A stretch of DNA of 64,000 nucleotides from NCBI GenBank assembly GCA_965279165.1, contig OZ257140.1, forward strand, positions 24,262 through 88,261, in the 5' to 3' direction. This stretch comes from Bacteroidia bacterium (GTDB lineage Bacteria > Bacteroidota > Bacteroidia > UKL13-3). Made by a program: the position numbers and the translations under genes. The notes under the pieces were generated by a model, which was not told the origin of the DNA, ran no database searches, and was given only the letters and a program-made list of their open reading frames with translations. Shown piece by piece: positions 37,021 to 45,401 of this stretch (positions within the stretch are counted from its first letter, which is position 1; every line of letters starts with the position of its first letter).

Positions 37021-37329
37021 ATGAAAGCATACGATACCTTATCTGAAACTCTAGAGGTTCTGGCTTACAATGGATATATACTCGATTTTAACCTGATAAC
37101 CCGACAAACATTTAATAAACAGGGTAGCTTACCAATCGATGATTTTGAAATAATTCATATATTTAGATTCGAAAACAATAGTGATCCTGCAGACGACGCA
37201 GTTCTTTATGTTATCATTTCAACAAAACATCAGATGAAAGGAACACTTGTAAATGGTACCGGAATCTATTCAGATTCTTTAACAAATCAGTTTCTTGATA
37301 GTATTAACAAACAAATGGATAAAACCTAA
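37021..37329 (+). CDS. Hypothetical protein
   Basis: 102-aa ORF with good coding appearance. No motif recognised. Confidence 0.45.
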   Translation: MKAYDTLSETLEVLAYNGYILDFNLITRQTFNKQGSLPIDDFEIIHIFRFENNSDPADDAVLYVIISTKHQMKGTLVNGTGIYSDSLTNQFLDSINKQMDKT

Positions 37330-37529
37330 GATATAACTACAAAGTTGCTGCTATCTTAAGTTTACAATTCAAATTAAATCAGGTTTGAAACGCAAACTAA
37401 TTGACACCAATAGTAAAAAGTCTTCATCATTTATAAATCATATTGGATTGACAATATGAATTTTATATATTTTATGTGGAATTATTCTAAATAATAGAAT
37501 AAGTTTGTTCAACCTAATTTAAACAAACC

Positions 37530-38390
37530 ATGAGATTCTTTCATCCATATAAAGTCGGCATTTTTTCATTTTTGATAGTTTTACTTTTTATGCCGATAGG
37601 ACATGCCTTAATGGTACTAAATGAATTATTGTTTCATCATGGGAAATTTATTGGCGCATTTTTTATCGGATTGCTAGGTATCCTTTGTTTGGTATTTGGG
37701 TTGATAAAAAACAAGAACCATGGACTGGCTACCATACTTGGATTTTTAGCAGGGGTTTTGGTTTGGACAGGTTGGGTTGAATTTTCGTTTGTATGGATAG
37801 CAGAAAAATTACAAGTACAACCATTGGTTGAAAATGGGGAAGTAGTAACAAAACCAGAGTATCTCATAATGTTATCTTCCTTGGGATTAATGATATCTGT
37901 GCTGGTTTACTTTATATTCAGCGTTACCAAATGCCAGTTTTTTATTTGGATACAAAAGGCAGTTGGTTTACGCAATAATTTTCAATCTACAGTAAATCCA
38001 AACAAACCAATTTCTACTACCACCTTTATCGAAACCATCATGATCCTATGGATTTTCTATTTGATTCTGTTGCTGGTTTACGACAAAGAAATTGCAGGCG
38101 ATAAACATCCTGCCACTTATATCGTAGCATTTGGCTCTCTTATTTGGTCTGTGTATTTATTTCTGAATCTGGTTCGTATTACAAAATATGATTATGCCAT
38201 TAGATATGCTGTTCCAACAGTTATAATTTTCTGGAATTTTATAGAAGTAATAGGAAGATGGAATTTGTTCAACGAAATTTGGATTCACCCGTTCGAACAT
38301 TGGTTTGAAAACATCATTATACTGGTTATTCTGGTTGCATTTGTTACCTATTATTTACGAGAGACTTTTTTACTGAAGAAAAAAGTTTAA
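37530..38390 (+). CDS. Hypothetical multi-pass membrane protein
   Basis: 286 aa with about 7 hydrophobic helices. Confidence 0.5.
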   Translation: MRFFHPYKVGIFSFLIVLLFMPIGHALMVLNELLFHHGKFIGAFFIGLLGILCLVFGLIKNKNHGLATILGFLAGVLVWTGWVEFSFVWIAEKLQVQPLVENGEVVTKPEYLIMLSSLGLMISVLVYFIFSVTKCQFFIWIQKAVGLRNNFQSTVNPNKPISTTTFIETIMILWIFYLILLLVYDKEIAGDKHPATYIVAFGSLIWSVYLFLNLVRITKYDYAIRYAVPTVIIFWNFIEVIGRWNLFNEIWIHPFEHWFENIIILVILVAFVTYYLRETFLLKKKV

Positions 38391-38523
38391 AGCAGCTCAA
38401 ACCATAATCACTTGCTTTCTTTGAAGTGGTAACATTATTCTTATTCTTTGAGAATCAGAACATAGTGTATTTTCATAACCGTAAGTAAGCAATTTTAACA
38501 TCCTGAATAATAAATTCGGGTCT

Positions 38524-39678
38524 GTGGAATTTAAAGGAACTGTAAAATCGAAGCTGCCTAAAACAGGTACAACCATCTTTTCTGTGATGACATCACTGGC
38601 AAACGAACACAAGGCAATAAACCTTGCCCAGGGATTTCCTGATTTTGCCTGTTCGCCACAATTAATTGAAAACGTAAACCATTATATGCAGGCAGGGTAT
38701 AACCAATATGCACCCATGCCCGGTGTCTTAAAATTACGAGAAAAAATTGCCCAAAAAACAGAAGAAATTTATTCGGCCAAATACAATCCGGAAACAGAAA
38801 TTACCATCACACCCGGTGGAACACATGCTTTGTATGCTGCCATTTCGGCCTTTGTGCACGAAGGGGATGAGGTAATTGTAATCGAACCATGTTACGATTC
38901 CTATGTGCCTGCAATCGAATTAAATGGTGGGCGTCCTATTTTTGCCGAACTCAAATTCCCGGATTATAAGGTAGACTGGAACGAATTAAAAAAACTGGTG
39001 AATTACAAAACCAGAATGATTATCATCAATACGCCACATAATCCAACCGGAACGACGTTGAACGCTCAAGACATGATGCGTTTAGAAAAAATGGTGAAGA
39101 ATACCGAAATCATTATTTTGAGTGATGAAGTTTACGAGCATATTATTTTTGATCAGCTCGAACACCAAAGTGTTGCACGATATCCGGCATTGGCCGAACG
39201 AAGTATCATCGTTTCCTCCTTTGGAAAAACTTACCATACAACGGGTTGGAAAATGGGATATGTTTTAGCTCCCAAAAGTATAACTGCAGAATTCAGAAAG
39301 GTACACCAGTTTATGTGCTTCAGTGCCAATACTCCCGTTCAATATGCCATCGCTGATTACATGGATAACAAACAGGCATACCTCGAACTGTCGGCCTTTT
39401 ACCAAGAGAAAAGGAATCTATTTCAGAAACTATTAAAAGGTTCAAGATTTAAACTCATGCCATGTGAAGGTTCCTATTTTCAATCCCTTAATTATACCAA
39501 AATTACCCAGGAAAAAGATACCGATTTCGCTTCTCGTTTAACCAAGGAATTTAAAGTGGCTAGCATTCCAACTTCGGTTTTCTACCATAAAAAGAACGAT
39601 AACCAAGTGCTTCGTTTTTGTTTTGCAAAACAGGATGAAACTTTGGAGAAGGCAGCCGAACAATTGCATAAAGTTTAA
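38524..39678 (+). CDS. Class I/II PLP-dependent aminotransferase (YbdL/methionine aminotransferase-like)
   Basis: 384 aa with GTG start. NPTGT motif. PLP-lysine context SSFGKTYHTTGWKMGY. Confidence 0.75.
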   Translation: MEFKGTVKSKLPKTGTTIFSVMTSLANEHKAINLAQGFPDFACSPQLIENVNHYMQAGYNQYAPMPGVLKLREKIAQKTEEIYSAKYNPETEITITPGGTHALYAAISAFVHEGDEVIVIEPCYDSYVPAIELNGGRPIFAELKFPDYKVDWNELKKLVNYKTRMIIINTPHNPTGTTLNAQDMMRLEKMVKNTEIIILSDEVYEHIIFDQLEHQSVARYPALAERSIIVSSFGKTYHTTGWKMGYVLAPKSITAEFRKVHQFMCFSANTPVQYAIADYMDNKQAYLELSAFYQEKRNLFQKLLKGSRFKLMPCEGSYFQSLNYTKITQEKDTDFASRLTKEFKVASIPTSVFYHKKNDNQVLRFCFAKQDETLEKAAEQLHKV

Positions 39679-39680
39679 GA

Positions 39681-40460
39681 ATGCTAAAAGTAACACTGAT
39701 ACAATCCGAATTAGTATGGCAAAATATTGATGCCAATCTTGCTCATTTTACCCGGCTAATCGACCAACTGGATGAAACGACGGATTTAATTGTATTGCCC
39801 GAAATGTTTACCACCGGTTTTAGTATGGAACCCGAAACCTTTGCCGAAGGTATTGAGGGAAGAGCCATGCAATGGATGAAGAATATGGCGATATTAAAAA
39901 ATGTGGCAATTACCGGAAGTGTGATGTATTCTGAAGAAGGAAAGTGTTTTAATAAACTGGTGTTTATGTTTCCGGATGGCAATTTTCAATCCTATAATAA
40001 AAAGCATCTATTTAGTATAGGAGATGAAACCAACCATTATACTGCAGGAAACAGACAAGTAATGGTAGAATTTAAAGAGTATAAAATATTTTTAGCTATA
40101 TGCTACGACCTACGGTTTCCGGCTTGGTTACGCCGCACGGCTGAATATAATTACGATGTAATGTTGCTGGTTGCCAATTGGCCCGAACGCCGCAGCAACC
40201 ATTGGAAAACACTTATACAAGCCAGGGCAATCGAAAACCAGGCTTATGTTATTGCCGTTAACCGAATTGGAAACGATGGCAATGATGTACATCATTCAGG
40301 TGATTCGGCTTTAATCAATGCCAAAGGAGAATTAGAATTTCCATTTACATCGGAAGCTTTTGTTAAAACATTTACCATAAATAAAGAAGAAACACAAGCT
40401 TATCGCAACTCCTTTAATACGATTGCCGATGCAGATACGTTTAATTTAGAGATTCAATAA
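39681..40460 (+). CDS. Carbon-nitrogen hydrolase (YafV-type omega-amidase-like)
   Basis: 259 aa. Glu (LPEMFTTGF), Lys (KKHLF) and Cys (AICYDLRFP) of the nitrilase-superfamily triad. Confidence 0.75.
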   Translation: MLKVTLIQSELVWQNIDANLAHFTRLIDQLDETTDLIVLPEMFTTGFSMEPETFAEGIEGRAMQWMKNMAILKNVAITGSVMYSEEGKCFNKLVFMFPDGNFQSYNKKHLFSIGDETNHYTAGNRQVMVEFKEYKIFLAICYDLRFPAWLRRTAEYNYDVMLLVANWPERRSNHWKTLIQARAIENQAYVIAVNRIGNDGNDVHHSGDSALINAKGELEFPFTSEAFVKTFTINKEETQAYRNSFNTIADADTFNLEIQ

Positions 40461-40506
40461 TCCCTATCTTGCAACCTAATTTCGATTAATTTCATCCATA
40501 ATTGAT

Positions 40507-41646
40507 ATGATCAAACAAATTCTGGTATTATTTACCTCCGTTTTTCTGATACAACCATCATTCGCTCAAAAAGCAATACCTAAAACCAAACCTTTACCTG
40601 CTTTCAAAGGTGCTCCTTTTTTCGAAACTACTGCATTCAATTTCGGACAAATTGAAGAACAAAATGGCAAGGTGGCAACCCAATTTAAATTTACCAATAT
40701 TGGCAAAGGTAATTTAACCATTAGAAGTGTTGAAACCTCCTGTGGATGTACTGTGTCAGATTGGCCAAAAGAACCGCTTAAACCGGGTGCAAAAGGTATA
40801 ATAACAGTAGAATATGACCCGTTAACCAGAATTGGCGAATTCAATAAAACTTTAACTGTTGTGTCGGATGGTGATCCCGGAATCGTATTTCTTACAATTA
40901 AAGGAGAGGTATATACCGAAACAATGGAGGTACGCACCATGTATCCTTTATCCCAGGGTCATTTGCGTTTTACCAATTATAACCTGCAACTTCGAGATGT
41001 TTCTGAGTTCGAAAAAGACTCCATTGTTTTTACCGTTTACAATGCATCAAAAAGGGATTTGATGATTACCAAAATTGTTACTCCCGAACATATCACCACT
41101 AAAGTATACCAAAAAATGCTTACTCCGGGCAATGTAACAGATATCATCTATTACTTTGATGCTGCCAAAGCCGCCGACCTTGGACCACGTATTGATCAAA
41201 CATTTATTTATACCACAGATGATACGCTTGCTAAAAAACTGGTTACCTTAAAAACCAATATTAAGCAAGATTTTAGAAATGTATCGGAAGAACAAAAAAA
41301 GTATCCTCCTGTTGCAGCTTTTAAACAAAATACATTTGACTATGGGGAAGTATATTATGGGGAAATAGTATCACATGAATTTGTAATTGAAAATAAAGGC
41401 AAATCAGATTTACGCATACGAAAAGCAGAGTCTACATGCGGTTGCACGGTAAGTTCGTTTAGCAAGGAACCCATCAAAAAAGGCAAAACAGGTAAAATTA
41501 AAGTAACATTCAATGCCGGTAAACTTCGTGGTGTGCAAGAAAAATCCATTGTAATTTACACCAACGATCCGTCAAATCAATTCATCACCTTGAAGATAAA
41601 AGCAAAAGTAGTGTTGCCCGGTGTCGATCCCCTCACAGGAAAATAA
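40507..41646 (+). CDS. DUF1573-domain protein (two copies)
   Basis: The pattern F.FG.I......V...F.F.N.G...L.I..VE.SCGCTV occurs twice (around 40620-40760 and 41330-41450). Confidence 0.75.
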   Translation: MIKQILVLFTSVFLIQPSFAQKAIPKTKPLPAFKGAPFFETTAFNFGQIEEQNGKVATQFKFTNIGKGNLTIRSVETSCGCTVSDWPKEPLKPGAKGIITVEYDPLTRIGEFNKTLTVVSDGDPGIVFLTIKGEVYTETMEVRTMYPLSQGHLRFTNYNLQLRDVSEFEKDSIVFTVYNASKRDLMITKIVTPEHITTKVYQKMLTPGNVTDIIYYFDAAKAADLGPRIDQTFIYTTDDTLAKKLVTLKTNIKQDFRNVSEEQKKYPPVAAFKQNTFDYGEVYYGEIVSHEFVIENKGKSDLRIRKAESTCGCTVSSFSKEPIKKGKTGKIKVTFNAGKLRGVQEKSIVIYTNDPSNQFITLKIKAKVVLPGVDPLTGK

Positions 41647-41850
41647 ATTGTTCTCGCGCAATTGTAATGGCTTTCACGCATTTGTAATGCGTGATTAATT
41701 TACATTACCGTGCATTTACAATGCACGATTTGCCAAACATTATTTATTATTCGTAAATCCCTTGAACTTTTCCGTTTCGATACCTTATTTTGCAACAAAA
41801 TGGTTCCTTTAGGCGTTACCATTTCTTAGCTAATAATTACTACAGCATCC

Positions 41851-43296
41851 ATGAAGAAATTAATTTACTTTGTTTTAATCGCGTTTGTTAGCGGAATCGT
41901 CGGCGCATTTGCCTTTCATTTGTTATTACCCAAATATGTTTTAATGCAATCCGGTGCATCCATACCAAACAACGAACCCTCTATCAACAATGCATCCTAC
42001 CAACAGGCACTTTCTTCCAGCGAGGATATGATAAAGGCTTCTCAGGTAAGTACACCTTGTGTAGTGTTTATAAAAACGATAAGCCAACAACAAATGTATA
42101 ACGATCCTTTCACCGACTTTTGGTCGAATATGGATTTCTTTGGTAGAAGAGGCCCTGTTACCAGCTCAGGATCCGGTGTTATCATTTCAGCAGATGGGTA
42201 TATTGTAACCAATTTGCATGTGGTTAAAGATGCCGATCAAATTGAAGTAATTACCAACAACAACAAACATTCATACAAAGCAAAACTTATTGGCTCCGAT
42301 GGCTCAACCGATTTGGCCCTTTTAAAAATTGAAACCAAAGGCCTTGCCCACATGTCGTTTGGGAATTCCGATAACTTGAAAATAGGAGAGTGGGTACTGG
42401 CAGTTGGAAATCCATTTAACCTTACCGCAACAGTAACAGCCGGTATTGTGAGTGCTAAGGGTCGAAATATCAATATTGTAAATAATCGTTTCCCAATCGA
42501 ATCCTTTATCCAAACCGATGCTGCAATTAATCCCGGTAACAGTGGAGGAGCCTTGGTAAATCTACAAGGCGAATTAATCGGAATCAATACTGCTATCGCA
42601 AGCAATACAGGCTCGTATAACGGTTACGGATTTGCCATTCCTGCCAATATCGTTTCTAAAATTGTGAAAGATTTGGTAGAGTTTAAAGAGGTTCAACGCG
42701 GATTTACGGGAATGGATGTGAAAGATATCGATGCTGCAATGGCCGACAAATTAAGCATCAATGATAACCTCGGGGTGTTTGTACAGTATGTATTACCCGG
42801 CGGACCAAGTGCTGATGCTGGTGTACAAAATGGCGATGTGATTGTTAAAGTGAATGAAAAACCAATTGATAGCAAAGCTATATTCGATGAACAGATCAGT
42901 TACTATCGTCCGGGCGATAAAATTAAACTTGGCTTATTAAGAAATGGAAAACCAACCGAAGCTTATGTCAAATTAATCAACCGTGAAGGCAATACAGCAA
43001 TCGTTAAAAAACAAAGTGTTGGTTCTGAATCCATGGGCGCCGATTTTCAGGTAATTTCGAAAATGGAAGCCGAAAAATATGGCGTACGTTCCGGTATCAA
43101 AATTATTAATGTGCGCAATGGCAGAATAAGAAATATGGGAATCCCGGAAGAATTTATTGTAACTTCCTTCAACCGCAAAGAATACCAAAAAGCAGAAGAC
43201 CTGATAAAAGATATGGAAACCGCTCGTGGACAAATATTGATAGAAGGAATACATCCCAATGGTTCTCGAGGTTTCTATTCCTTTTATACCAATTAA
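41851..43296 (+). CDS. HtrA/DegP-family serine protease with PDZ domains
   Basis: Catalytic contexts TNLHVV, DLALLKI, GNSGGALVN. Two PDZ-like regions. N-terminal TM anchor. Confidence 0.87.
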   Translation: MKKLIYFVLIAFVSGIVGAFAFHLLLPKYVLMQSGASIPNNEPSINNASYQQALSSSEDMIKASQVSTPCVVFIKTISQQQMYNDPFTDFWSNMDFFGRRGPVTSSGSGVIISADGYIVTNLHVVKDADQIEVITNNNKHSYKAKLIGSDGSTDLALLKIETKGLAHMSFGNSDNLKIGEWVLAVGNPFNLTATVTAGIVSAKGRNINIVNNRFPIESFIQTDAAINPGNSGGALVNLQGELIGINTAIASNTGSYNGYGFAIPANIVSKIVKDLVEFKEVQRGFTGMDVKDIDAAMADKLSINDNLGVFVQYVLPGGPSADAGVQNGDVIVKVNEKPIDSKAIFDEQISYYRPGDKIKLGLLRNGKPTEAYVKLINREGNTAIVKKQSVGSESMGADFQVISKMEAEKYGVRSGIKIINVRNGRIRNMGIPEEFIVTSFNRKEYQKAEDLIKDMETARGQILIEGIHPNGSRGFYSFYTN

Positions 43297-43299
43297 ATA

Positions 43300-44019
43300 A
43301 TGGCAAAAACACCGCCCTTTAAACAGATGATTATCCATGAAGATGAAAATCTGATAGTGATCAACAAGCCTTCCGGAATATCATCTCTCGACGAACGCAA
43401 CAACGAATCTCCTTCTATATTGAGTTATGTGCGTAAATACGAACCAAATGCACAATTATGCCACCGTATCGACAAAGAAACATCCGGTATTCTTGCCATT
43501 GCCCGTAACCCTGAAACATACCGCGAAATGGCTATCTTATTCGAAAAAAGAACGATTCAGAAATGTTACCATGCAGTGGTGAATGGACAACTTGCAGTAA
43601 ATAACCAGGTGATTTTGTTACCCCTTGCTACCACCAAAAATGGTTTGGCAAAAGTAGATATGAAAGAAGGTAAACCTGCCGAAACCATCATTAACACACT
43701 TAAAATTTATAAGCATTATACCTTATTAGAATGTAAACCCATTACAGGAAGATTGCATCAAATAAGAATCCACCTTGCATCCCAAAATTTTCCTTTGGTA
43801 GGTGATGTAAGTTATGGAGGAAAAATACCATACCTGTCAAAACTGAAACGCGATTTTAAAACATCAAAATGGGAAAACGAACAAGGCATGTTCCAGCGTG
43901 TTGCATTGCATTCCTATCAGTTACAATTTACCTTGTACGAAAAGGATTATAATATCATTGCTCCTTACCCAAAAGACTTTGATGTTCTCATCAAACTTTT
44001 AGAAAAACACGATAGCTAA
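43300..44019 (+). CDS. RluA-family pseudouridine synthase
   Basis: HRIDKETSGILAIA catalytic-Asp motif and GRLHQIRIHL motif. 239 aa with no S4 domain. Confidence 0.85.
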   Translation: MAKTPPFKQMIIHEDENLIVINKPSGISSLDERNNESPSILSYVRKYEPNAQLCHRIDKETSGILAIARNPETYREMAILFEKRTIQKCYHAVVNGQLAVNNQVILLPLATTKNGLAKVDMKEGKPAETIINTLKIYKHYTLLECKPITGRLHQIRIHLASQNFPLVGDVSYGGKIPYLSKLKRDFKTSKWENEQGMFQRVALHSYQLQFTLYEKDYNIIAPYPKDFDVLIKLLEKHDS

Positions 44020-44100
44020 TGGTATGCTTATAAAGCTTTGCAAAAAAGTATGCTGATTTGAAAATAATGCCAATCATACTTGTCTCATTTACTAATACAA

Positions 44101-45257
44101 ACCATTAAGCTTGACTTGTCAATCGTCTTATAATCCCTTCAGTTTTTAAACATTGATATTTTATACACCATTAAGCCTTGCTTACCACTCTTCTTATAAT
44201 CCCTTCAAAGATTAAACACGATTAAACCTGAATTCCCATACGTCTTAAAATCCCGTCAGGTATTAAACATTGATATTTCATATACCATCAAGCCTCGATT
44301 GCCATACGTCTTATAATCCCTTCGGTTATAAAACAGTGATAGTTTAAACAAGATTAAGCCTCACTTGCCACTCGTCTTATAGTCCCGTCAGCGATTAAAC
44401 AATGATTGTTTTAAACACGATTAAACCTGAATTCCCATTCGTCTTAAAATCCCTTCAGGTATTAAACAATGATTGTTTTAAACACGATTAAACCTGAATT
44501 GCCACTCGTCTTATAATCCCTTCAGGTATTAAACAGTGATAGTTTAAACAAGATTAAGCCTCACTTGCCACTCGTCTTATAATCCCGTCAGGTATTAAAT
44601 ATTGATATTTCATACACCATTAAGCCTCACTTGCCACTCGTCTTATAATCCCGTCAGGTATTAAATATTGATATTTCATACACCATTAAGCCTGACTTGC
44701 CACTCGTCTTATAATCCCGTCAGCGATTAAACATAGATAATTAATATACCATTAAGTCTGACTTGCCTCTCGTCTTATAATCCCGTCAGCGATTAAACAT
44801 AGATAATTAGTATACCATTAAGCCTCATTTACCACTTGTCTTATAATCCCGTCAGGTATTAAATATTGATATTTCATACACCATTAAGCCTCACTTGCCA
44901 CTCGTCTTATAATCCTGTCAGGGATTAAACATAGATAATTATATACCATTAAGCCTGACTTGCCACTCGTATTATAATCCCGTCAGGGATTAAACATAGA
45001 TAATTAATATACCATTAAGCCTCACTTACTACCCGTCTTATAATCCCGTCAGGGATTAAATATTGATATTTCATACACCATTAAGCCTCACTTGCCACTC
45101 GTCTTATAATCCTGTCAGGGATTAAACATAGATAATTATATACCATTAAGCCTGACTTGCCACTCGTATTATAATCCCGTCAGGGATTAAACATAGATAA
45201 TTAATATACCATTAAGCCTCACTTACTACCCGTCTTATAATCCCGTCAGGGATTAAA
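44101..45257. repeat. Tandem array of 18 units of ~66 bp, each with the palindrome AATCCCGTCAGGGATT
   Basis: Unit anchors (attaagcc / attaaacc) at 44104, 44170, 44221, 44288, 44353, 44420, 44487, 44553, 44619, 44685, 44751, 44817, 44883, 44948, 45014, 45080, 45145, 45211. No ORF of 60 aa or more on any frame between 44020 and 45401. Confidence 0.95.
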
Positions 45258-45285
45258 CATCGGTAACCGATGCGGAACGCATCGG
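45258..45285. other. Two overlapping, mutually exclusive GC-rich hairpins at the array boundary
   Basis: catcggt-a-accgatg (45258-45272) and ccgatgcg-gaa-cgcatcgg (45267-45285) share 45267-45272. Confidence 0.8.
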
Positions 45286-45309
45286 ACTAACTAACCTGCG
45301 ACAAGATCG

Positions 45310-45325
45310 AATCCCGTCAGGGATT
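45310..45325. repeat. Isolated 19th copy of the palindrome AATCCCGTCAGGGATT
   Basis: Perfect copy 56 bp beyond the last array unit, outside the 66-bp register. Confidence 0.9.
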
Positions 45326-45401
45326 CTACATCGCCGTAATCATTAAAAAACAGATAAACATAATCCGTCGTGTAGACTGTTTAAATATCTCCTAAACCCA
45401 T

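Noticed and set aside
44101-45257. CRISPR array interpretation of the 66-bp repeats
   Set aside because: The variable ~19-nt segments are not unique spacers: only about four versions recur, including an exact 197-bp higher-order duplication. The conserved part (~46 nt) is longer than the variable part, the units degrade gradually, and no cas genes or leader-like AT tract are present in the window.
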